A stretch of DNA of 58,079 nt from Candidatus Moraniibacteriota bacterium (GTDB taxonomy: Bacteria; Patescibacteriota; Minisyncoccia; Moranbacterales; UBA2206): assembly GCA_003483065.1 (NCBI GenBank), contig DMWY01000005.1:1-58079 (forward strand), written 5' to 3'. Under the pieces are notes generated by a model. That model saw only the letters and a program-made list of their open reading frames with translations, made no database searches and had not been told where the DNA came from. Position 1 is the first letter of the stretch, and each line of letters begins with the position of its first letter. The translations under genes were made by a program, and so were the position numbers. Shown piece after piece: positions 1-7,832 of this stretch.

Positions 1-730
1 CAAAAAACGACGAAGTCAGGAAATTATCAAAAATTTCCTCCACATCTTCTTGATCATCTAATATTTCCAAAAGTTTGTCGTAGCTTTCTTGGGTGGATGA
101 GTCAATTTCGACGGTGGATTTTGGAAGGAAGGTAAGATTAGCCTGCGAAATTTCAATATTTTTTTCAGACAATTTTTCTTGGACTTTTTGCAGGTCTTGG
201 GTTTCAGTATAAATAAAAAGTAAGCCATCTTCTATTTTAGTGTCTTTGGCGCCAGCTTCAATAGCGAGCATTTCGAGTTCATCAGCATCTTTTCCGGATA
301 GATCAATAGTAATTTCACCGACCTGTTCAAAATTCCACATGGAACTGCCTGATTCACCAAATTTCCCGCCAGCTTTCGTGAGAATGCTTTTGATTTCGCT
401 CACAGTACGATTTTTGTTGTCGGTAGAAGTTTTGATGAGCATCATGATGTTGCCTGGGCCCTTGGCTTCATATATGATTTCAACAATTTCTGCGCCACTC
501 ATTTCGCCCGTGCCTTTTTTGACTGCTTTGTCGATATTGTCCTTTGGCATATTGAATTCCTGAGCTTTTTTCATAGCCATGCGAAGCTTGAAATTTGTAT
601 CCGGATTGCCACCACCTTCACGCGCGGCAATGACAATCGGTTTAGCTAATTTTGTGAAAATTTTGGCGCGTTTAGCGTCATTTACCCCTTTTCTTTGTTT
701 TATTCCCGCCCAATGTGAGTGTCCTGACAT
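1..730 (-). CDS. yebC: YebC/PmpR family DNA-binding regulatory protein (runs off window edge)
   Basis: Not in the ORF track because it is truncated; manual translation from ATG at 730 gives MSGHSHWAGIKQRKG..., and near the edge ...LDDQEDVEEIFDN, typical YebC termini. Confidence 0.92.
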   Translation of the reverse strand, partial: MSGHSHWAGIKQRKGVNDAKRAKIFTKLAKPIVIAAREGGGNPDTNFKLRMAMKKAQEFNMPKDNIDKAVKKGTGEMSGAEIVEIIYEAKGPGNIMMLIKTSTDNKNRTVSEIKSILTKAGGKFGESGSSMWNFEQVGEITIDLSGKDADELEMLAIEAGAKDTKIEDGLLFIYTETQDLQKVQEKLSEKNIEISQANLTFLPKSTVEIDSSTQESYDKLLEILDDQEDVEEIFDNFLTSSFF

Positions 731-736
731 AAGATT

Positions 737-817
737 CATGAAGCATGAAGCATAAAACATGTAACAATCGCAGTTTTCATAGTTTTATGTTTCATGTTGT
801 ATGTTACATGTTACATG
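737..817. repeat. Inverted pair of CATGWAR-type heptamer arrays
   Basis: CATGAAG CATGAAG CATAAAA CATGTAA CAA (737-767) facing TTTTATG TTTCATG TTGTATG TTACATG TTACATG (783-817). Confidence 0.85.
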
Positions 818-858
818 ATTTAAGCTTAGCAGTTTAGATTGCAATTTTCAAGAGAGGA

Positions 859-1593
859 TTAAATAATTTTTCCGCTATTCCATATAATTTCAAACAGTGG
901 TTGCATTGATTTTACTAATTCTTTGGATTCTATGATAACGATAAAAGGTTCATCTTCGAGAGAGGTGATTGCTAATTTATTATCGTATAAAGTAAAATCC
1001 ATACTAAAATTTTGTGCGAGATATTTAACTTTTTGACCATGTCTACTAAAATCTTTAGCAACCCTTAAATCAAAGGGATTATTAGCCACAAGATGCTTTC
1101 CTTTCATAGGAATACTTTTTTTGTCATATTGTCTTGACCAATGTTTAAATGCTCCTGGAAAATGTTTTTCTATTCTTTCATAGGAAGATATGAAAAAAGC
1201 ATCATCAAATTGACTTATCTCTTCATAAACATTCCAAATGCTTTCTTTCGTTTCGTGATAAGTAATTTTAGGACGCTTTTCTCCTTTGCTGTGTAGAGTA
1301 CGAAGCATAGGAAGCATCTCGGCGAAATTTTTTGTGGTTGTTTTTAATTGACTAAGAATGAAGGATGGATCAATTGCGTGATACTCATTTATTTTTAATC
1401 CAGGAATTTTATTTGCGCAGCCTCTTTTTATGAGACCTTCTAATAAAACATATATAATTGAACGTTTTAGTTTGGTTATCTTGGAAATTTGCGTTACGGT
1501 TCCTTTCCCTAATTCTAAAAGTGCCAAATATACCCCAGCTTCTTTTTGGGTAAATCCTGTTTGTTCTAATAATGTTATTAAATCTTGATCCAT
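859..1593 (-). CDS. TrmB family transcriptional regulator
   Basis: N-terminal GFTQKEAGVYLALLELG...KRSIIYVLLEGLIKRG winged HTH; C-terminal PLD-like effector domain ending LFEIIW. Confidence 0.85.
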   Translation of the reverse strand: MDQDLITLLEQTGFTQKEAGVYLALLELGKGTVTQISKITKLKRSIIYVLLEGLIKRGCANKIPGLKINEYHAIDPSFILSQLKTTTKNFAEMLPMLRTLHSKGEKRPKITYHETKESIWNVYEEISQFDDAFFISSYERIEKHFPGAFKHWSRQYDKKSIPMKGKHLVANNPFDLRVAKDFSRHGQKVKYLAQNFSMDFTLYDNKLAITSLEDEPFIVIIESKELVKSMQPLFEIIWNSGKII

Positions 1594-1785
1594 GATAAGA
1601 ACAGCTTATCAGAGGAAACTAAATTTGTCAATAAAATTGATAAAAAATATATAAAATATAGATTTAAAGCTGAAAATATAAACTAAATTGTTATTATTAT
1701 TGACTTTTTGTATGAAAAGATTATTATTGAGTATTCTTTTATGGGAAGTTGTTTAAAATAACAATGCAAGAAGGAGGATTGAGAA

Positions 1786-2076
1786 ATGAAAATTAATTTA
1801 GGAGAAAAAGATTTTAAGACAGCAGTTATTTTATCAGGGATCATGATCGTTTTACTTTGCTGGTACCGCATGACTACAATTGCTCCAAATACTGTTGGTC
1901 ATATGCAGGGTTCAGTTGGATGGATGGACTCATGTTATTTGCATAATGGATGTATTGATCAAAATGTTCTATTGTCGCAGTGGCCGTTTGGTCATGATGT
2001 CCGTGTATATGATACAGGGGGCATATTAAAAATTACGCAATATCGTCGCCCGCTCATTTACGAATGTAAATTCTAA
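1786..2076 (+). CDS. Hypothetical small protein with N-terminal transmembrane segment
   Basis: AAGGAGG Shine-Dalgarno 8 nt upstream; hydrophobic AVILSGIMIVLLCW; followed by a terminator-like hairpin. Confidence 0.65.
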   Translation: MKINLGEKDFKTAVILSGIMIVLLCWYRMTTIAPNTVGHMQGSVGWMDSCYLHNGCIDQNVLLSQWPFGHDVRVYDTGGILKITQYRRPLIYECKF

Positions 2077-2088
2077 AAGCGTCAAAAT

Positions 2089-2125
2089 AAAAAGGCAGAG
2101 CGGAACAACGCGACTGCCCTTTTTT
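2089..2125 (+). terminator. Bulged hairpin with T tract, probably bidirectional terminator
   Basis: AAAAAGGCAGAGCG-GAACAA-CGCGACTGCCCTTTTTTT between convergent genes. Confidence 0.6.
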
Positions 2126-2146
2126 ATATTTTAAATTTAAAAAAAC

Positions 2147-2662
2147 TCACATCAAAATATTTTCTGCATTATTTCGATCGCGTTCCCACCGGCCTGGATT
2201 AGTCAAAATATATTCGCGGATTTTGTTAAGAGATATTTCATTGCGTATTATATGGTCATAATAATTGCGTTGCCATAATGGATTTCCGGAATTTTTTGTT
2301 AGGATATTTATTTCTTTGGCAGATAACATTTTAAATTTACCAATTATTTTTGGAATTAACATATTCCGACGTTTCTGTAGGGGCGGTTCATGAACCGCCC
2401 CTACAATAGATTTATTTATTTCTACGATTAAATGCAGATGATTCGGCATTATGATGTATCTATCTAAAAATATATTTTCAAAATAATTTGGAATTTCTTG
2501 CAAATTTTTCAAAACAATTATACCTAATTCATTCAAAATAATTTTACCATCAATTATTTCACCGAATAATTCTTCTCTGCCTTTCGTGCAAATCGTCACA
2601 AAATACATTCCATTTTGAGAATAATCAAAATTTTCCAAACGATTAGATTTTCTAGTTCTCAT
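2147..2662 (-). mobile_element. REP-associated tyrosine transposase-like protein (RAYT / Y1 HUH family)
   Basis: RLENFDYSQNGMYFVTICT, HUH motif MPNHLHLIV, WQRNYYDHIIR and YILTNP. Confidence 0.88.
2376..2405. repeat. Perfect 30-bp GTAG-type REP palindrome inside the transposase gene
   Basis: TGTAGGGGCGGTTCATGAACCGCCCCTACA equals its own reverse complement; translated as VGAVHEPPLQ. Confidence 0.9.
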
Positions 2663-2665
2663 TTT

Positions 2666-4513
2666 TTATATTTTATTCAAAGCCCAATTTAATTCGGAAT
2701 TAATTTTTACTAGAATTGAATCAAAAAAAGAATTTGCCCAATGCCTTTGGTTTGATGGGGCGGTAAAGGAATAATAATTTTCCGTAGAGACAGGTTTAAA
2801 ACCTGTCTCTAAGCCTAAAACCCTTGAATTTTGGGGTATCAATTTTTCCGGAAAAATTATAGAGTGCTTTGAATAAGCCAAAATATGGCGGCCTTTTTGC
2901 TTTTTTTGCCAAATAGGTGAGGGGGTGTATTTTCCAAGACTGGCTTGGATTTCGGAGTCGGGGATAATAAGTTCTTCTTCTGCGCCGGCGCCCTCTCCTG
3001 TCCTTCGGACATCCTCTCCCAAAGGGAGAGGAGGATTTTGAATAGCTTCTGTGTTATTTTGTGTTCCTACCCAAGTCCAACCACCATCATTTTTTTCATA
3101 AATTTCATCCTCTGCGATTTTGTTTTTCTTTCGGTCATATTTTATTTTTTGCACAACTTTGCCAGAAGGATCGCGCAGTTCAATTTTAGTTTTTTCATTG
3201 CCCAGGGTGAAAGCGCAAATTTTTTTGGTGAGCTTTTTGGTTTTGCCTTTTTTGATTTTAAAATCTTCCCGAATTGGATGGTTGATCAATTTGTCTTTTC
3301 CAGTAGCGATCGACCAACCTTTGAGATTGATTTTGTCTTTGGATTGATTTTTAATTTCGATCCACTCATTTTTTGTGTCACTTCCTTTGGGATTGGGAGA
3401 AAGGCTAATGATGCGAATTTTTGGTGCGTCATATTTTTCCACCTTAACGCTAAAGTCATAGGTCTTGTCTTCGCCATCGCCGGTAATTTTGAGATTGCCA
3501 GAAAATTTGCCGGTTTTTTCATATTTATGTTTAGTAGATTTCAAATAACTTTTGTGACCATCGCCAAAATTCCAAGTGAATTTTTTGGCATCACTATCGG
3601 CTTTAACATTAAAATAAGCATAGGTATTTTTATATACATGTTTGGGTAAGATTAGTTTTCCGGATAAAATTTTGTCGAAAAAATTTTCTCCTCCGGGGGT
3701 GGGGGAAGATGTCCAGCGCCAAGATGAGCCATCAAAAGAAAAAGAATGGGCGCTTTTACCGTTGGAATATTTTTGACTAGTGATTAAATTATCTTTTTTG
3801 TCATAAAGAAAAACGGTGTCGCCTTTAGAATCATTGTTGAATGAAAATGAACCATAAAAAACAATAAAATTTCCAATTTTTTCTTTTTTGGAAATTTTTC
3901 CTTTGGCGCCTTTGGAATCCTTGATTGTATAATCGGAAAAATCAAGTTCTTCTCCAGCCAAGTTTATTATTTCGATAAATTCTTCCTCACCATTTTTAGT
4001 GTCTGGCGCGGGATAAATTTCACTAATCATAATCCCCGAATAATTTTTTATTTCTTCTTCTTCTTCTTCTTCTTCTTCTTCTTCTTCTTCTTCTTCTTCT
4101 TCTGATTCATCCTCTCCCCAATTTATACTATCAATAATGACACCAGTATTTGTGTCTCCTAATATTATTGCTATGCCGTTACCTTCGGAAATAACACTAT
4201 TCTTGCTTGTGTTAGTCCAAGGATAAATTCCTTTGGCGGGGATAACATCCTTATTTCCAAACGATTTGAAGCTGGTGCGTGTTCCCGTGGAGGTTTTTTT
4301 GACAAGTCTATAATCATCTAGATTAATTTCTTCATTTGTTGTATTGGTTATTTCAACAAAATCTTCTTCAGTTTTGCCAGTTCCACCGCTATATTGAATA
4401 TCAGTAATTTTTAAAACAGGCTCAGCTAAGCAAGTTTTTTCCCAAATAAAAAAGCTAGCTAAAATAACCAGCCCACAGATAAAATAATAATATTTTTTAT
4501 TTTTGTTTTTCAC
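2666..4513 (-). CDS. Secreted lamin-tail-domain and PKD-domain protein
   Basis: Signal peptide; repeated LTD motifs (ITDIQY..EDFVEITN, ISEIYPAP..EEFIEI, PNPKGSDTKNEWIEIKN); PKD motif FTWNFGDG; GTG start. Confidence 0.8.
   Translation of the reverse strand: MKNKNKKYYYFICGLVILASFFIWEKTCLAEPVLKITDIQYSGGTGKTEEDFVEITNTTNEEINLDDYRLVKKTSTGTRTSFKSFGNKDVIPAKGIYPWTNTSKNSVISEGNGIAIILGDTNTGVIIDSINWGEDESEEEEEEEEEEEEEEEEEIKNYSGIMISEIYPAPDTKNGEEEFIEIINLAGEELDFSDYTIKDSKGAKGKISKKEKIGNFIVFYGSFSFNNDSKGDTVFLYDKKDNLITSQKYSNGKSAHSFSFDGSSWRWTSSPTPGGENFFDKILSGKLILPKHVYKNTYAYFNVKADSDAKKFTWNFGDGHKSYLKSTKHKYEKTGKFSGNLKITGDGEDKTYDFSVKVEKYDAPKIRIISLSPNPKGSDTKNEWIEIKNQSKDKINLKGWSIATGKDKLINHPIREDFKIKKGKTKKLTKKICAFTLGNEKTKIELRDPSGKVVQKIKYDRKKNKIAEDEIYEKNDGGWTWVGTQNNTEAIQNPPLPLGEDVRRTGEGAGAEEELIIPDSEIQASLGKYTPSPIWQKKQKGRHILAYSKHSIIFPEKLIPQNSRVLGLETGFKPVSTENYYSFTAPSNQRHWANSFFDSILVKINSELNWALNKI
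2784..2811. repeat. GTAG-type palindrome within coding sequence
   Basis: GTAGAGACAGGTTT-A-AAACCTGTCTCTA, 13-bp stem; translated as LETGFKPVST. Confidence 0.8.
2991..3034 (+). repeat. CCCTC-type double-hairpin REP-like element within coding sequence
   Basis: CCCTCTCCTGTCCTTCGGACATCCTCTCCCAAAGGGAGAGGAGG, near-identical to the intergenic copy at 7768-7822. Confidence 0.85.
4052..4102 (-). repeat. Perfect (GAA)17 microsatellite encoding poly-Glu
   Basis: 17 uninterrupted TTC units on the + strand. Confidence 0.95.
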
Positions 4514-4536
4514 CCTAAATTAAAACTAAATTAGCC

Positions 4537-5127
4537 CTAAGTTGTTTCGTGATGAATTTTTTCTCGAAGCATTTCGCCAAACTCATTTTCTTCTCTGTTT
4601 TCAAGTTCGTTTTGTAGTTTCATGATCGTATCCTTAATTTCATAAGGATCAGGAACATTGCGGAAAATGAAGCGTTCTCTCTCGCCGGCGGTTTGAATAA
4701 GGAGATGACCATAATTGAGAAAAGTTGGAATGACTCCACGAACATCTGTGGTGACATCTTGAATTTTTTCCAGTTCCAATTCGCTCACTACGCGAGTGAA
4801 AAGCCCTTTTTGTTCAATGTTTATTATTCTTTCACTGGTGACTATCCAAACATCAAAATAGTAGTCAATCCAGATAGCGAAAAACAATAGCCAGAGAAAA
4901 GTGAAAAAAAGACTGCGCATAAAAGCAGTTAGATTAAGCAGGAGTTGCTCGCTAAATTCATCAAAGAAAAAGGCAGTGAGAAAATAACTGCCGAAAAGAA
5001 AAAGTATCATGAAGAAAATAACGGAAAAGTGGGTGAGGATGTTGAACCAGTGGCGGTGAATTACCATAAGAATTTCTTCGCCGTTTTTTTGTCCTTCGAA
5101 ATGATAGTGGGTGAAGGTTGGTTGCAT
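4537..5127 (-). CDS. Membrane protein with bacterial PH (bPH_2-like) domain
   Basis: Two TM helices then WIVTSERIINIEQKGLF..KIQDV..YGHLLIQTAG. Confidence 0.8.
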   Translation of the reverse strand: MQPTFTHYHFEGQKNGEEILMVIHRHWFNILTHFSVIFFMILFLFGSYFLTAFFFDEFSEQLLLNLTAFMRSLFFTFLWLLFFAIWIDYYFDVWIVTSERIINIEQKGLFTRVVSELELEKIQDVTTDVRGVIPTFLNYGHLLIQTAGERERFIFRNVPDPYEIKDTIMKLQNELENREENEFGEMLREKIHHETT

Positions 5128-5131
5128 AAAA

Positions 5132-5359
5132 TTAGTATTGAAAAATTAGTTTTAAAATTAGCGTGTTCCAATCAACCGAAAAAAATAACATAATATTGGA
5201 AAGAAAAAGCAAAACGGAAACTACCGCAAAAATCGGAAGCATTATTTTGTTAGTCTTGGCATTTATGGAATAGCGGGAAAGATGATAGATGATAAAAAAG
5301 AAGAGAAAAAGATAGGTGATAAGGATAATGGCATAAAGAGCGAGGACAATGTAGAACAT
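5132..5359 (-). CDS. Hypothetical two-TM membrane protein
   Basis: 75-aa hydrophobic ORF co-oriented and tightly spaced with the downstream gene. Confidence 0.7.
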   Translation of the reverse strand: MFYIVLALYAIILITYLFLFFFIIYHLSRYSINAKTNKIMLPIFAVVSVLLFLSNIMLFFSVDWNTLILKLIFQY

Positions 5360-5381
5360 AAATTTTGGTTTATTTTTTATT

Positions 5382-5473
5382 TAGGACTTTGCGCATTTGC
5401 AGACACCGGATGTCTTTTGGCTATTAAGGTCGCGAGACATCCGGTGTCTAAGACGGCAAACGTACAAGCCCTA
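5382..5473. repeat. MITE-like element with internal palindrome
   Basis: Ends TAGGACTTTGCGCATTTGC / GCAAACGTACAAGCCCTA (imperfect inverted repeat) enclosing perfect 15-bp inverted repeat AGACACCGGATGTCT (5401-5415) / AGACATCCGGTGTCT (5435-5449). Confidence 0.7.
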
Positions 5474-5478
5474 TATTT

Positions 5479-6483
5479 TTAAAATAATTTTTTCTCGCCA
5501 GTATATTTTATTCCCAGATGGTTATAGGCGCTTTCGGTGGCAATGCGGCCTCGCGGAGTTCTCGCTAAAAATCCAATTTGAATTAGGTATGGCTCATAAA
5601 CATCTTCAATGGTTTTGATTTCTTCGGAAGTAGCAGCGGCGACTGTGCCAAGACCGACTGGTCCGCCACCAAATTTTTCAATGATAACTCGCAAGATGTG
5701 TTTGTCGGCCGGTTCAAGTCCAAGCGGATCAACATCAATCATTTCTAGCGCTTCGATCGCGACTGCTGAATTTATAATATCATGATTTTTTATTTGAGAA
5801 AAATCGCGCACGCGCTTCAAAAGACGATTAGCTACGCGAGGAGTGCATCTGGCACACTCGGAAATTTTTGAAAGTCCTGTTTCATCCGCCGTAACACCTA
5901 AAATTTTGGCACTACGCTCAAGAATTTTTTTGATTTCTGGGTTGGTATAAAATTCCAAACGATGAATGGCGCCAAAACGATTGCGGAGGGGATTGGAAAT
6001 TGAACCGAGTTTGGTGGTGGCGCCAATCAAAGTGAATTTTGGCAAATCAAGTTGGATGGTTCGGGCGGACGGACCTTTGCCGATAATGATGTCTAATTTA
6101 TAATCTTCCATCGCCGGATAGAGAATTTCTTCGATGGATTTGTTGAGCCTGTGAATTTCGTCGATGAACAGAATGTCTCCGTCAGAAAGATTGGTGAGAA
6201 TCGAACCAAAATCACCCACGCGTTCAATGGCGGGGCCAGAAGTAGTTTTGATGTTGACCCCCATTTCTTTGGCGATGATGTTGGCAAGAGTGGTTTTACC
6301 AAGTCCTGCTGGACCATAGAGCAAAACATGCTCAATAGACTCCTTTCTGTGTTTGGCGGCTTGAATCAAAATGTCCAGATTTTTCTTAACCTTAACTTGC
6401 CCCACATAATCATTGAAGTTTTGTGGGCGAAGGGTGACATCAAAAGTCAGGTCTTCAGGTTGTTCGTTGGAGGTTGTAATCAT
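5479..6483 (-). CDS. ruvB: Holliday junction branch migration helicase RuvB
   Basis: [12 protein letters not shown], Walker [24 protein letters not shown]. Confidence 0.98.
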   Translation of the reverse strand: MITTSNEQPEDLTFDVTLRPQNFNDYVGQVKVKKNLDILIQAAKHRKESIEHVLLYGPAGLGKTTLANIIAKEMGVNIKTTSGPAIERVGDFGSILTNLSDGDILFIDEIHRLNKSIEEILYPAMEDYKLDIIIGKGPSARTIQLDLPKFTLIGATTKLGSISNPLRNRFGAIHRLEFYTNPEIKKILERSAKILGVTADETGLSKISECARCTPRVANRLLKRVRDFSQIKNHDIINSAVAIEALEMIDVDPLGLEPADKHILRVIIEKFGGGPVGLGTVAAATSEEIKTIEDVYEPYLIQIGFLARTPRGRIATESAYNHLGIKYTGEKKLF

Positions 6484-6502
6484 AATTGAATTCTAGCACT
6501 AC

Positions 6503-6531
6503 TTGACATAATTTGAAAGCTATGCTATATT
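6503..6531 (+). promoter_or_regulatory. Sigma70-type promoter
   Basis: TTGACA (6503-6508), 17 nt spacer, TGc-TATATT extended -10 (6526-6531). Confidence 0.7.
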
Positions 6532-6537
6532 TCCCAG

Positions 6538-6733
6538 TCATCTTGAAACTTAGGTTTCTTGGTGGCTAGCAGTAAATTGCAGGCAATTGGTGACTTCTAT
6601 CTTTTGTCATCAATATAGAAACATTTTTCAAGATATGGGTAGGGTGGTTCACGCTGCGCTATTCCTCGATGTTGTTTCTTTTTCTGAGCTCTTAGTTCGG
6701 ATTCTTGCCTGCAGATTATTGGATCTTCGCCAT
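6538..6733 (+). ncRNA. Candidate structured non-coding RNA or leader of unknown family
   Basis: Nested stems read by eye: TGCAGGCAA/TTGCCTGCA enclosing three arms; several G-U pairs fit the + strand; lies directly behind a promoter. Confidence 0.4.
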
Positions 6734-6915
6734 TTTTCTTTTCCCAAAAGAAAAGTGGCAAAAAAGAAAAAGGCCACCCTAATAAAATAAAGAAATAAAT
6801 TTTCGATTTTCTCGCTAAATTTACTAACGCTTCATATGCGCTGATGAGTAAATTTTTAACGCTCTAAAATCTCAATTTATAAATTCTTTATTTTATGGGG
6901 TGGTAAAAAATACAA
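6729..6915 (+). repeat. Long bulged-hairpin element, copy A
   Basis: TTTTCTTTT-loop-AAAAGAAAAGT..CAAAA then core GCTAAATTTACTAA..ATGAGTAAATTTTTAACGC; related copies at 20831 and 44238. Confidence 0.85.
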
Positions 6916-6985
6916 TTTAGAAATAAGAATTTTTATATAGCATACAAAACTTTTCTTTAACAATTGGAGGCGGGAGAATAAAATT

Positions 6986-7240
6986 ATGAAGCATAAAAAA
7001 ATTAAATTAACGGTGATGACCGTAGTTCTTTTTATTGTAGGGGCAGGCTTGATTTTTTTGGCCAAATATTTAAAAGAAACTCTTGGGATGCAACAATATT
7101 ATGGTGCACTGGTATCGCTTGTTGTTCTTAGCGGAGCTTTTTTGGCGGTCAGTGCAATTATTTGTTTTTTAAATGGCATGCGTTATTATGCCAGCGTTGA
7201 AAAGTTAATGAGGGAAAGTAAAAAACAAAAAATTCTTTAA
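6986..7240 (+). CDS. Hypothetical two-TM membrane protein
   Basis: GGAG-containing upstream region; two hydrophobic helices. Confidence 0.7.
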   Translation: MKHKKIKLTVMTVVLFIVGAGLIFLAKYLKETLGMQQYYGALVSLVVLSGAFLAVSAIICFLNGMRYYASVEKLMRESKKQKIL

Positions 7241-7260
7241 AAAAAGGGGGGGAAGGAAGT

Positions 7261-7596
7261 ATGAATCCAAGCCACACGATGTTTATTGGGATCATCCTGC
7301 TAATCGCTGGTATGATGGGTGAATTTTTTATGGTAAAAATTAAGGATTTAAATACAAAAATCATTACAATCCTTTTTTGTCTCGCCGGGGTATCATGTGG
7401 GATAATCCTTATCTGCATGGCCAGCGCTGAGTTTGGTCGGCAGGAAATAAGGGAAAAATTCACATGGGAAATAACCTCCGAACAAAGGTTGTTGCCCAAT
7501 GCAGCCTTTGATTTCGGGGGGCATATTGAGTTTAACAAGGATGGAAGTGTGAATTTTGTGGGGCTAATTCTGGGCACAACCGTGCCCGCAAAATAA
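7261..7596 (+). CDS. Hypothetical membrane protein
   Basis: Purine-rich RBS; two TM helices and a short soluble tail; followed by terminator. Confidence 0.7.
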   Translation: MNPSHTMFIGIILLIAGMMGEFFMVKIKDLNTKIITILFCLAGVSCGIILICMASAEFGRQEIREKFTWEITSEQRLLPNAAFDFGGHIEFNKDGSVNFVGLILGTTVPAK

Positions 7597-7626
7597 AACC
7601 AGACGCGGAGGGTCTGGTGGGAAAAA

Positions 7627-7663
7627 GAAAAAGGGCCTTAGCCGAATAGCGGGTCCTTTTTTT
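7627..7663 (+). terminator. Rho-independent terminator-like hairpin
   Basis: AAAAGGGCC...GGTCCTTTTTTT. Confidence 0.55.
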
Positions 7664-7684
7664 AATGGAAAAAATATTATTTTA

Positions 7685-7822
7685 CCTCTTCTCCCTTTGG
7701 GAGAAGGTGCCCGTAGGGCGGATGAGGGAGATGCTAAATTAAATTCTAGATTCTAATTTAGTTCGTTCCCTCTCCTGTCCCGATAGTAATCGGGACATCC
7801 TCTCCCTAAGGGAGAGGAGGAT
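7685..7822. repeat. Inverted doublet of CCCTC-type REP-like elements
   Basis: 7685-7728 (reverse complement CCCTCATCCGCCCTACGGGCACCTTCTCCCAAAGGGAGAAGAGG) and 7768-7822 CCCTCTCCTGTCCCGATAGTAATCGGGACATCCTCTCCCTAAGGGAGAGGAGG. Confidence 0.85.
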
Positions 7823-7832
7823 ACACAAAAAA

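Noticed and set aside
240..563. 107-aa + strand ORF
   Set aside because: Antisense shadow of yebC.
2945..3649. 234-aa + strand ORF
   Set aside because: Antisense to the lamin-tail gene; Phe-rich composition mirrors Lys/Glu codons.
6587..6790. 67-aa ORF with TTG start
   Set aside because: No RBS, runs into a dispersed repeat, and overlaps the structured RNA candidate; not fully excluded.
6729..6915. Integron attC site or cassette array
   Set aside because: No clear RYYYAAC/GTTRRRY ends, copies are not arrayed between cassettes, and no integrase is in the window.
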